NCBI RefSeq assembly: GCF_009914755.1
Contig: NC_060926.1
Origin: the human T2T-CHM13v2.0 reference genome, Homo sapiens
DNA length: 64,000 nucleotides
Direction: 5' to 3' (one strand)
Made by a program: the position numbers and the translations under genes. Below, one piece after another: positions 37,737-64,000 of the stretch. Every line of letters starts with the position of its first letter. The stretch's first letter is position 1. Below the pieces are notes generated by a model. The model did not search any database and was not told where the DNA came from. It saw only the letters and a program-made list of their open reading frames with translations.

Positions 37737-39281
37737 CTTGTACTTGGCCGCAAGCAGCTCTGTGGCCTGCTGTTCCCGCCGCAGGTCCTCCAGCATCTTC
37801 TCCTTCTCCTCCAGCAGCTTCTGCTTCTCCTCGCTCACCAGGCTGCGGTCATCCTGGATGGCTGCCTTCTCCTCCTCCAGCCGCTCCTTCTGTTCCTGCA
37901 GGTAATTCTCCATGTTCTTCTCCAAGGCTGACTCCAGGATGGGCTGGGGCGGGCGGTGGTTGTTGTTGTTGTCATCCTCCTCTTCTGCCACCCAGGCCTC
38001 AATCACTGGGCCCTCAGGGTACCCAGGCGGGGCGGACACGGCCTTCTTCCTGCGGCTGCTCTTCCTCCGGGGCCGCTTCCCCAGCATCCCCCTCTTCTCC
38101 AGCTGGGCCTTCAGGCGGGCAATCTCCTCTTGGAATTCCCGCAGCAGTGTGTCCTTGGGGTCCTCGTTCACCCGGGGCTTGTTCTTGATGTTCTTGGCTC
38201 GGTTGGCAAAGCGCAAGGTGGAGAGGCTCTCATCGTAGCTGTGAGAAGCTGGCCCCAGTGTGGCTACCATGATGGTCTTGGCATTCCCCCCCAGGGAGTC
38301 CTGGAGCAGCCGGGTCAGCTTGGAGTCCCGGTAGGGAATGTGGGTGCTCCTGTTGCCCGCCAGGGCAGCAATCACGTTGCCCAGGGCAGATAATGAGAGG
38401 TTGATTTTGGAGGCTTCCTTAGGCCTCTCTCCACCAGCACCACCACCACTGCCTCCACCGCCACCACCGCCACCCGAGGATGGTGTGGCTGCCCCTCCCG
38501 CTGTGTTGGGGCCTGCCTTGTTCTGCCTCTCGCTGCCAGCCAGGTCCACGAGGTTGAGCTTGCCCACTCGGATGTGGTCCTGGCCATCAGAGCCACGTTC
38601 GCTGCACTCCACAGTGATGATGAAGATGGCATGGGAGCGGGAGCTGACCTCATTCATGTGGGTGCTGCCCACAGCCCGGGTCTGGTTCCCCAGGTTCATC
38701 ACATGCTCAATCTCCTTGACATTCTTGGTGACGAAGGAGGAGAGGTCCTTGATGTAGACGCCAGTCTCGGGGTTCTCTTTCAGCTCTAGCCTCTTGCCCG
38801 GCTCCTTGGAGAGCAGGTCTCGAATCTCTTCCTGGTAGATCTCCAAATAGGAGGCCCGGACCAGGTACTGTTGGTTCTGGGAGCGGGAGATGTGGGTGAA
38901 GATGTGCTCAAAGGCATTCGGGATGACCCCGCGCAGCTCGGGCTCCACCCAGGTCCCCTGCATGGTATAGGTCTTGCCAGTGCCCGTCTGGCCATAGGCA
39001 AACACCGTGCCATTGAAACCCTGGAGCACGGAGTCTATCAGGGGCCTCACGGTTTCGTCATACAGGTCGGCCTGCTTGGAGCTGGCATCATACACGGCGT
39101 CAAAGGTGAAGGTCTTGGGCAGCTCCCCCGGGGCAGCGCGGGGGTTCCGCAGGGTCACCTGGCCCAGTTTCACGTCCATGGTCAGGATCTGCTCGTGACC
39201 AGCAGCCTCCTCCTTCCTGCTGAGGGGGCGGCACCGGGCCACCACCTTGAGGGCCTCGCTGGCCTTGGTCTTACTGGCCAT
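37737..39281 (-). CDS. KIF3C: KIF3C coding exon 1 (515 codons): complete kinesin motor domain, neck and start of coiled-coil stalk
   Basis: [22 protein letters not shown]... with P-loop GQTGTGKT, switch I SSRSH and switch II DLAGSE. Gly-rich loop-11 insert characteristic of KIF3C. Ends AAKYK at donor AAG|GTAAGG; 1545 nt, phase 0. Confidence 0.98.
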
Positions 39282-39860
39282 CTTGCTGCTCTGACCTTCC
39301 TGCCCCCGAGCCCCTCCGCAGCCTGGGCGGTCCTGCTATCCTGCTCGCTAGGTCGGGATCAGCGGGGCCGGCCCAGCCCCCAGGCGCAGCTCTTCAATCC
39401 GCATGCAGCCTCCTAGGGTGGGGACGCTGGGAGGTGGCCCCAACGCTGCTGCAGTCCGGGCCTCCACCGCTCTCCGGTCCTCTCTGCACCGGCTGGGAGG
39501 TGAATTAGGCAGAATCCCCCAGTCGCCGCGGGAGCAGCGCCTGCCGAGCAGCCGTGCCCGGAGCCCGCCCCATGCTGGAGCAGAGGGAGCGCTGCCGTAA
39601 ACAGCTTCGGCAACAATGAGATAAAGGAAGAGGAAAATGGGATGGGGGTGGGCGGCGAGCTGTCTTCTCCTCCTTCCTCTAGGGATCCATAGCGTGGGCT
39701 GCCGGTCGTGGGCGGCCGGGGGTCCCGGGCCTCCCGAGGGCAGAGGCTCACCTGGAGTCCTCCCCCCAAGCTGGGGGATCATTCATTGCAGCCAGCGCGG
39801 CTGCTGCTGCCTCTGCCTCCGCCTTCCCCGCCGCCGCCACTGGAGAATGAGAGAGAAAAA
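39282..39860 (-). other. KIF3C: KIF3C long GC-rich 5'UTR containing upstream ATGs (TSS approximate)
   Basis: Lies between the ATG and the GC-box cluster. Minus-strand ATGs at 39786, 39782, 39690, 39573 and 39404. TSS position is inferred, not observed. Confidence 0.6.
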
Positions 39861-39938
39861 CAGAAGGGGATGGGGCGGAGCAGCGGCAGCGAGAGTGATG
39901 TTGCCGCCGCGCTGCGGCCCCAGCTAAGCCTCCCGACT

Positions 39939-39971
39939 GGGGTGGGGCAGGGGGCGGGGCCGCGGGGCGGG
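39939..39971 (+). other. Potential G-quadruplex in the promoter
   Basis: GGGGtGGGGcaGGGGGcGGGG followed by further G-runs; loops of 1-2 nt. Confidence 0.65.
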
Positions 39972-40136
39972 AGGCGCGAGCCCGGAGCGGCCCGGGTGCG
40001 GGGGACAGGGGCGCATCGCCGTCTCTGCACCCCCGCCGACCGCTCCGGGATGACAGGCTCCGGTGCCGACCCAGGTCCTGCGCCCACCAGTCGGGTGCAG
40101 CGCAGCCACCGCCCGCCGTCACCCCACCGAGCCCGA

Positions 40137-40157
40137 GCATGCCGGGAATTGTAGTCC
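40137..40157 (-). promoter_or_regulatory. ZNF143/THAP11-type ACTACAnnTCCC promoter motif
   Basis: Minus strand reads GGACTACAATTCCCGGCATGC, an excellent match to RACTACAnnTCCCRRnRnGC. Confidence 0.8.
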
Positions 40158-41940
40158 TGCCTTTGTTAACCGGGTTCTGGCAGGTTGCTAATGCCTTTCC
40201 CGGTCCCCCAGTCCGGGAGGCGCCTCCCTCATCCGCATGCCACCCCTTGAGTGACTGCTGAGCTTGCACCACCTATGCCTGGTCCCTCCGAGCCACCATC
40301 CTCGGACACCCCCCTGCTCCTGCCTTTCTGCCTGCAAATGGGTGCGCGTCACCCCTCCCCGTCAGGGTGTCGCCAGGCCTCCGGGAACCGAACTCCTAAA
40401 TGTTCCTTGACTCTGTCCTTTCCTCCCCCTGTCCCGGTCTACTTCTGGCCTTCCTCTTCTCTCTGCTGGAGCCCACCTTCCAGCTGATTCTCTCGCACCT
40501 TATGTCCGCACAAGCACCCGGGAGCCCCCTCGCTCCTCCTCCACCGCCTTCCTTGTGTGAAAGCCTCTCCATCTTCCGCCTTCGCAGCCTCACCGCCACT
40601 ACTCCTCTATAGAAAAATCTGTGTTCCAGACAGCCATTTCTTCAGTTATCCAGCGCCTGCTGAGCCCCAGGCCCCATTCTAGGATCTGGGTCCTTCCTGT
40701 CCTCAAGCAGTGCACATTCCCGGAACCGTGTTTTGTTTCTTTAACTGGCTTTGCTGTGCAGCATCTTTGTGCTTTTGCCCAGAGGCCTGGTCACCCTTCG
40801 GCACTTAGTGCCCTGCCACTTGGGCAGTTCAAGCACCTCCTCCTCCACGAAGCCTTCCCTTAGCAATTTTTTTTTTTCTATAGTGAAAGAGGCACAGAAT
40901 TTACCTAAGACAAAACCTGGATTGAAGTTCCAGTTCTGATGGCCATCCAATGGAGTGGCTTTGAGCAGTCACTCCCCTTGCTCCAGCCTTAGTTTCCTCA
41001 TTTATTTTTTTAAAAATTCGAGGCGGGAAAGAAATAATTAACAACTACTTCATGGAATGGTTGGGAGGCTCAAATGAAATAATGAATCATGAAGTACTGT
41101 ACCATGAGAAGTCCTGCCCTGGCTTGGATTGCCTGACAGCTCCTGCTTCCTTGAGTATCCTGGATAGACCATGTCTGTGCTTGGTGTTCCTCTATGGGAG
41201 TCTTAATCTTTTTTTTTTTTCCTGTAGGATACAAATAAAGTGTAATTCCACAAGGCCAAGGACCAAGCCAGAGTCCTATCCATGGTCCACTCTGCAGAGG
41301 GCAGTTGAGTCTGTGGACTGAGCCCAAGCTGTCTGTCTTTACTCTCCATATGAGAACCAGATTGAGAGGTGCTGTTATCTGAAACCTGGAGACCCTTCTT
41401 CACAGAGGCACCAGAAGAGTCTTTCCACAAAACATTTCCAAGCATGTTATCCTCTAGAGGACCCAATTGTTTAGTTTTCCAACTCAACAAAATTTACCTC
41501 CTTAACTCTTCCCCATCCCAGAACTTTAGCGTGAGCTGGACTAGAGGCTTGAGACTTAGCTGAGAGCTTGCCCGCTTCTGAAGCTCCCTGGCCTCCCTCC
41601 ACCCTCTCCTTGATTAAGCTCCACTGCTTATGATTAACATGGCTTTTGGACCAATTACGGGGTGGGGTTTTGGCTCCGTAGACTAACCCCTCTTGGCTCT
41701 CACAACATGATTTCTGGATGGAGCCTTTAGTTCTTCAACTATTTTCTGGTTGCATTCGGCTTTGGGTTTTGAATACCCTTTCTCTGCTTAGGCTAATGTA
41801 TCTGACACTACAGCGCTGGATAAAAGGGATTCTCACCCTGTTCTCCCCACTTGATGTCACCACCTGGCAGGGGACTTACCCAGATCCTCTTGTGTGAGAG
41901 GGAGATTGGAATCGCGTTGCTTACAAGATGTGTGATCCTA

Positions 41941-51958
<10,018 letters not shown>

Positions 51959-52039
51959 TAAATTATTTTGTGTGTGTGTGAAATACTGGGTTGAATCACA
52001 TGAATTCTCATTTTGTAGGTTAATAATGACGGCATATTG

Positions 52040-52649
52040 ACTTCAGGCCAGATCGCCGGATATCAGCTGAGTGACTCTTACAAGTCCTTCTAGATCCTGA
52101 AGTGGATTAGGTGCCGCAGTTGCTGCTCGTGTTGAATCCAGAACCGTAGCCAGACATAGGACTGGAGGACGAGCGAAAGATGCTGACCGAGTCTGGAGAT
52201 CCTAAGGAGGAGGAAGAAGAAGAGGGGGAATTAGTGTTTCTACATCAGGATCCCCTAACAACAGTGAGAGAGCAATGCCAGCAGTTGGAGAAATGTGTAA
52301 AGGCCCAGGAGTGGCTGGAGCTCTGTGATGAGTGTGTATCCTCTCAATCACATACAGAAGAGGATTGCACGGAGGAGCTCTTTGACTTTTTGCATGCAAC
52401 GGACCATTGCGTGGCCCACAAACTCTTTAACAACTTGAAATAAATGTGTGGACTTATTCCCCACAGGCTTCATCACCTGGGCATCAGGATATTTCCTTAT
52501 GGTTTTGGATATGCCATTTGTTTCTTATTTCTGTAACTGTAAGTTCACATGAACCTCATGGATTTTGGCTTAGTCTGGTAGCTTCTGTGTAATTCGCAGT
52601 GATTTCATCTTAATAAAGTTCTGTGATCTGCAATCTGCAAAAAAAAAGA
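52040..52649 (+). pseudogene. UQCRHP2: Processed pseudogene of UQCRH (complex III hinge protein); probably the locus catalogued as UQCRHP2
   Basis: Intronless UQCRH-like frame ([35 protein letters not shown]). Original ATG is now ATA (52156). AATAAA at 52612, A-tail, and 15-bp TSD AATGAC[G/T]GCATATTG (52025-52039 / 52650-52664). The P2 number is from recall only. Confidence 0.92.
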
Positions 52650-52752
52650 AATGACTGCATATTGGCAATTACACATAGTTTAATTGAATAAAACACATTC
52701 AGAAAGGTGCATGGTACATAAACACACGGCTTAAAAAAGTATTATTATTTGA

Positions 52753-52911
<159 letters not shown>

Positions 52912-53039
52912 TAGTAGAAACAAGGTTTCACCGTGTTGGTCAGGCTGGTATCGAACTCCTGACTTCGTGATCCTCCCACCTCGGCCTCCCAAAGTGCTGG
53001 GATTACAGGTGTGAGCCACCATGCCTGGCTCAGAATTAT

Positions 53040-54612
<1,573 letters not shown>

Positions 54613-54650
54613 TGTTTTCTTTTTTCTTTTTTTTTTTTTTCCTTTCTTTC

Positions 54651-54687
<37 letters not shown>

Positions 54688-55226
54688 TTTTGAGACAGAG
54701 TCTCACTCTGTCACCCAGGCTGGAGTGCAGTGGCACATTCTTGGCTCACTGCAACCTCCACCTCCTGGGTTCAAGTGATTCTCCTGCCTCAGCCTCCCCA
54801 AGTAGCTGGGACTACAGGTGTGTGCCACCACGTCTGGCTAATTTCTGTATTTTTAGTAGAGATGGGGTTTTGTCATGTTGGCCAGGCTGGTCTCAAACTC
54901 CTGACCTCAGGTGATCCGCCTGCCTCAGCCTCCCAAAGTGCTGGGATTACAGGCATGAGCCACCGCGCCCAGCCAAACTTTGCTCTTTCTTAAATCTCAG
55001 AGTGGGACTGCCAGTGCCAGCCTGGCATTCCCTCTTGAAATCATCACCTATTTCAGAGGAGGCTGCTACAGTGGGAAGTCAGGACAACAAGGTTGGGGCC
55101 AAACTCTGGTCTCCCAGGCATTTCACCTCGATAGGAAAAGTGCCTGAATCTGTCCTCCTCATTTGGCTCATGAGCAGAACAAGGCACAAAGCCCTGCGTC
55201 TCCCGGCTGCCTGTCCGATGCCCTTT

Positions 55227-55301
55227 TCCCTGACTCACCGTCAATCAGCAGTCAGACCAAGGTCCCTGACTCACCGTCAATCAGCAGTCAGACCAAGGTC
55301 C
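55227..55301 (+). repeat. Perfect 36-bp tandem duplication
   Basis: TCCCTGACTCACCGTCAATCAGCAGTCAGACCAAGG twice, plus TCC. Confidence 0.97.
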
Positions 55302-55454
55302 AGGCTCTTGCCTCCTGAAATGTTGCAAGGGCGGTTTCCCAGTGTGATTCACAAACAGCAAGAATGTTTCAGGCTGACTTGGAGACCACTTGGGGGTGGT
55401 ATCCTCAGCCAGGAAGCTTCCTCAGGGCCTCTGAGTCCCAGAGAGCTCTATTTG

Positions 55455-55508
55455 TCTCTTTCTTTCTTTTCTTTCTTTTTCTTTCTTTTCTTTCTTTCTT
55501 TTTCTTTT

Positions 55509-55539
<31 letters not shown>

Positions 55540-57060
55540 CTTTCTTTCTTTCTTCCTTCCTTCTTTCTTTCTTTCTCTCTTCCTTCCTTCCTCTCCTTCT
55601 TTCCTTCCTTTCTTTCTTTTTCTTTTTTTCTTCCTTTCTTTCTCTTTCTTTGCCTTGCTTTTCTTTCTCTCTCTCTTTCTTTCCTCTTTCCCCCTCCCTC
55701 CCTCCCTTCCTTCCTTCCTTCCCTCCCTTATTTTTCTTTCTTCCTTTCTCTCTCTTTTTTTTTTTTTTTTTTTTGAGACAGAGTCTCGCTCTGTCGCCCA
55801 GGCTGGAGTGCAGTGGCATGATCTTGGCTCACTGCAACCTCCAACTCCCAGCTCACTGCAAGCTCACACCATTCTCCTGCCTCAGCCTCCCCAGTAGCCG
55901 GGACTACAGGCGCCCGCCACCACGCCCAGCTAATTTTTTGTGTTTTTAGTAGAGACAGGGTTTCACCGTGTTAGCCAGGATGGTCTCGATCTCCTGACCT
56001 TGTGATCCGCCCACCTCAGCCTCCCAAAGTGCTGGGATTACAGGTGTGAGCCACTGCGCCCAGCCTCTTTTTTTTTTTTTTTTTTTTTTTTGAGATGGAG
56101 TCTCACTCTGTCACCCAGATTGGAGTGCAGTTTCGTGTTCTTAGCCCCCTGCAACCTCCGCCTCCTGGGTTAAAGTGATTCTCTGGCCTCAGCCTCCCAT
56201 GTAGCTGGGACTACAGACACATGCCACCATGCCTGGCTAATTTTTGTGTTTTTAGTAGAAACAGGGTTTTGCCATGTTGGCCAGGCTGGTCTCAAACTCC
56301 TGGCCTCAGGAGATCCACCCGCCTTGGCCTCCGAAAGTGGTAGGATTACAGGCGTGAGCCACCGCGCCCGGCCTCTTTCTTTTTCTTTCTGTTTCTCTTT
56401 CTTTTTTTTTTTCCTCTGTCTCTCTTTCTTTTTCTCTCTCTCTTTTCTTTTTTCTTTTCTTTCTCTCTTCCTTCCTTCCTTCCCTCTTTCCTTTCTTCTT
56501 TCTTTCTTTCTCTTTCTTTCTTTCTTTCTTTCTTTCCTTCCTTCCTTCCTTCCTTCCTTCCTGCTTTCTTTCTCTCTCTCTCTCTCTTTTTCTTTCTTTC
56601 TTTCTTTCCTTTTCTGAGACGGAGTTTTGCTCTCATTGCCCAGGCTGGAGTGCAATGGCGCGATCTCGGCTCACCGCAACGTCTCCCTCCTGCGATTCTC
56701 CTGCCTCAGCCTCCCAAGTTGGGATTACGGGCATGTGCCACAACACCCAGCTAATTTCGTATTTTTAATAGAAACAGGGTTTCTCCATGTTGGTCAGGCT
56801 GCTCTCAAACTCCCGACCTCAGGTGATCCTCCCGCCTCTGCCTCCCAAAGTGCTGGGATTACAGGTGTGAGCCATCACGCCCAGCACTCTGTTTCTTTTT
56901 CTTTCTTTCTTTTTTGACTTTGGACGATCTTGTCACCCAGGCTGGAATGCAGTGATGCAATCATAGCTCACTGCAATCGCAAGCTCCTGGGCTCAAGTGA
57001 TCCTCCTGCCTCCACCTCCCAAAGTGCCGGGATTACAGGCGTGAGCCCCATGCCCAGCCC
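55455..57060 (-). repeat. CT-rich tracts (55455-55775, 56375-56612) alternating with antisense Alus
   Basis: (TTTC)n/(TTCC)n runs continuous with Alu poly-T tails. Confidence 0.9.
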
Positions 57061-57430
57061 CAATCTCTGCATTTCTGAGAGCTCATAGCATCTTTCATCC
57101 AGGGCCCTCGTACCACCTTCTTTGCTGTTATCCTCATGTGTGGTATTGTTTCTCCAACTGTGAGCAACTCCAGGTCAGGGAACACCCATGGATTTCCTTG
57201 CCTAGCGCTAACCCTGGATACCAATAACCCTCAGTAGCTGTGAGATTGAGCCATGAATTTTATGGAGTCCCTAGGCATTCTGCAGCCTGTATGGTTAGAA
57301 CCACACTTGGAGGAAGGCTTCCAAGATGGTCCAAAATGAACACCTGTGACCTGGCTGTTTGCTGACCACTATCACAAGGAGTGATAAAGGAGCCTGGCAA
57401 ACTCACGAGCCTGGGTTGAGTCGATTTTTA

Positions 57431-57772
<342 letters not shown>

Positions 57773-58475
57773 TCAAGTGTCCTCTGAATTAGCTGCACCC
57801 AAAGACCATGCTCACTGCTATGGAGAAGTGAATCCCCCTAAAGGAGATCCTGTCTGTGGGCTCTGAAGGTTTAGAATCTAAACAGAACAACAGCTGGTCA
57901 ATGCTGGGAGCAGAGCAGCCCCAAGAGCTGGGAGCAGGTCCCCAGTTGGAGTCAGGAAACCCTAGCTCAGGCCTGGCTCAGCCACAATATGCCGCGTGAT
58001 GCTGGACCTCTGATGCCAGGACTCATGGTGACTTCACCCCTCTGAGCCTGTGCCCTTATATGCCCAGCAAGGGGCAGCCCTGCCCAGCCACCCACACAAT
58101 GATGGTGTCAGGAGCAAATGACACAATACAAATAAAAGTACTTTGAAAATCTTAAAGTGCAATAATGACACAAAAGGTTATTAGAAAGAGAAGCTCTATG
58201 AGATTAAAGGGGCAGGTCTCTAACACTTGTCAAGGTAATTTACTCAGTAGTAGGAACAATGCCTTATTTGTTCGGTATTTGATAATTTACAAAGGGTTTC
58301 TAGATTCTTTATCTCCCCTGAGCCTCATAATAACCCAGTAAGGTAGGCAGGGCCGGATTGTTCTCTTTGACCACTGAACAGGGGAGGAAAAGGAGGCTTA
58401 GAGAGGAGACATGATTCTCCTGAGGTCACAGAGCTGGGACTGAACGCCCCTCCCCCCCCCTTTTTTTTTTTTTGA

Positions 58476-58574
<99 letters not shown>

Positions 58575-60921
58575 TGAGAAACTGGGATTACAGGCACGCA
58601 CCACCACGTCTGGCTAATTTTTGTATTTTTAGTAGAGACAGGGTTTCACCATGTTGGCCAGGCTGGTCTCCAACTCCTAAGCTCAAGTGATCTGCCTGCC
58701 TCGGCCTCCCCACATGCTGGGATTACAGGCGTGAGCCACCACGCCCAGCCCCCCACCCCCTTTTTGTAGTTCCCCCATGCTCCTTATGATGGGCCATTAT
58801 GGTGCTACCTCTGTTTCAGCTGCTGCAACCCCATGGGGCAATTTCCCACAAGACCTGTGTGAACATATCCTACTAGGCCCTGGAACCCCAGTAAGGCCGG
58901 ACCGGCAGGGAGGGAGGGAGAGAGGGGCTGATCTAAGGAGCAACAGGAAATTATCAAAAGGTTTTAAGCAGAGAAATGATATGATCAGGGTTATGTTTTT
59001 AAAAAACTACTCTCCTCCACCTCCTTCTTCCTTTCCCACTCTTTCTTCTCTTCTCCTGTTCCCCTATTCTTTCTCCTTTTCCTCTTTATTGTTCACTTAT
59101 GTTATATAATTCCCTAGGAAAGAAAGCAAGCAAGACTCTGGGACCTTCTATTGCCAGAACCCGTGGGCGTTCAGCCAGCTGGAGCCCTGACTGGTTGGCT
59201 CCTTACACTGTAGGAGGCCAGTGTTTTGCCCAGAATCCGGGGACCTGCTCAGAGACTCCCCTCTCCAGGAGTAGTCCTGGGAGTGGCATGCTCCAGGATC
59301 AAAGCCAAGGACTCAGAAAAGGAGGATGAGGTGACAGGCATGTTCCTGGGGCTGCTTGCCCCTGGAAAGGCTGGCACCAGGCCCCTGGGGGCCTCTCTCA
59401 CCCTTTGGGAAGGGCCTTGGCTCAAGAACTGCCTGAAGTGGCCCAGAACCTGAGACCCTGGCAGGGTGCCCTTCTCCACTGGGTGCTTGCCATTCAGAGT
59501 TATGCACTCCCTGGGCCACTAGCAAATAAGCACGTCCTGGGGTGCCTCTTCTGGGCTGTCTGCCCCCTTTCCTCCCCAGTTTCCTTTGGCTCCCAGCCCA
59601 ACTTCCTTCCCATTTGTCTGTGTCCCACACAGATCACATGCCTGGCAGCTGGGCCCCAAGTCAGAGGCTTTGGGGAGGATGTTAACAGAAAAAGTGAACA
59701 TATATGCTTGCATGCATGTGCATGTGTGTGGCACCTTGGGTGGGAGAAGTAGATGCTGCCTTTACAGAGAATCTTTAACTCATCAAACTTGTTCAATATT
59801 GTATCCCCAGTATTGGGGATATAATAAGTAGTCGGGACCTAACAAATATTTGTTGATGTAAATGAATGAATGAACAATGAATGAATGAAATAAGATTACA
59901 ACTGAAGAGTATCTGTTGCCTGGCTATAGCAACAAGAAAATCCTTGGAGACACTGCTAACCCGTTTCTAAGGTGTGTCAGCAGGGTGGGCCTGGTGTTGA
60001 CGATGGAGGAGTGTATAGGAGGTGAGCTAGGGGGCACGGGCGGCTTTTAAGGAGTTTGGAGTGAGGAAAAGGAGTCTGGAGGGGCCAGGGCAGCAGAGAG
60101 GATGGCACAGCCTGTTTGAGCCTGAAAGGAGGAACCCCAAAGAGAATGCCATTGGCCAGTAAGGCCTTCTGTCATCCTCATCCGGCATTGCTCATTCTCT
60201 GAACTTGACCTTGTTGTTTCCCCTTCCCAAATGAAAATCAGTCTCTTCTTTTGCTATCCTTGAACACACATCCTACGCCTTGCTGACCCCAGGCCTGGGG
60301 TGACCGGGGTCCTCCTTCACCCAGTTCATGGCCTGGAGACTCTTTGGATGCCCTGTCCAGCTGGCATGCCCTGCTCAGCAGCTTCCCGCCCCACAGGATT
60401 CTCAGGGCACTCCAGCTTCTGCCAGGTCTGCCCTCCCTACACGGAAGCAGAAGAAACAGATGCAGAGAAGAACAGAAGGAAGACCACGTGCCCTGAAGTT
60501 ACAGAGGGAGGAGCTTCCAGTTTGGACTTTCCAGTTCCCCATCTTGAGCTAGCATGAATAGGCTTCTGCTGCTTCCAACCAGATGATGCCAGACTCACAG
60601 CTTGGACTTGATTTGATTTGAACCAATTCAAAATGTAGCCACCACCCACCTTAATATCCCTACCCTAGACCGGCCTCTCACTCCCAATTACCCTGTTCCT
60701 GTCACCATCACCAGCATTTGGAGTTACATTTTCCTCACATCCTTGTTCCAGTTCTCTGTGAGGCACCTCTTACCTTCCCATCCCCCTCCCCGACAGTTCC
60801 CACTGTCCCACTCCATACCTTCTTCAGCCCAAGCTCTCATCTCAGCACCAGCTTCCTTTCCACATCTGACTCCAGGGTCTCTCTTCTCCATCCCATTCAG
60901 CAGATCACCACCACTACATCA

Positions 60922-63960
<3,039 letters not shown>

Positions 63961-64000
63961 GGTTATGCCTACCCTGGAGTTTGGATGGAGTTAGACCCTG

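Larger units (their letters stand above)
39100..40530. promoter_or_regulatory. CpG island / KIF3C promoter with Sp/KLF GC boxes
   Basis: High GC and CpG density relative to the flanks; GGGGCGGAG (~39872), GGGGCGGGGC (39951-39960), GGGGCGGGA (~39964); no TATA box seen. Confidence 0.9.

Noticed and set aside
37332-39416. Long plus-strand ORFs overlapping KIF3C exon 1
   Set aside because: Antisense shadows of a GC-rich CDS; no recognisable homology.
39282-39782. N-terminal extension of KIF3C via the in-frame 144-aa uORF
   Set aside because: Two in-frame TAG stops (39348-39350 and 12 nt further on) separate it from the main ATG.
52180-52443. Intact 87-aa UQCRH-like ORF as a functional retrogene
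   Set aside because: Original ATG lost, and several Arg codons show CpG-decay-type changes (R>Q, R>W, R>C, R>Q) typical of neutral drift.
55002-55949. 315-aa ORF rich in F/S/L
   Set aside because: Open only because the CT-rich tract lacks stop codons; runs into an Alu.

Overview
Primate (very probably human) genomic DNA, dense in Alu elements. It contains the promoter, 5'UTR and coding exons 1-5 of the kinesin-2 gene KIF3C on the minus strand (ATG at 39281). The exons splice in frame with GT-AG boundaries, and the 3' exons lie beyond position 1. Upstream (40.5-64 kb) is intergenic sequence with a UQCRH processed pseudogene, many Alus, and L1, L2, MIR and MaLR remnants. Almost all listed ORFs are Alu, low-complexity or antisense artefacts. 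The most interesting signals are hidden splicing elements read directly from the KIF3C introns: (i) a frame-preserving 6-nt candidate neural microexon with an SRRM4-type UGC signature (23916-23921); (ii) a 27-nt candidate poison exon (120-146); (iii) an AG|GT recursive-splice-like site at the midpoint of intron 1; (iv) an optional 5'UTR intron that would rewire five uATGs. Also noted are a retrocopy that may preserve an alternative UQCRH 3' splice form, and template-switch repair scars. All splicing calls are motif-based predictions needing RNA-seq. Repeat family names and boundaries are by eye and approximate.
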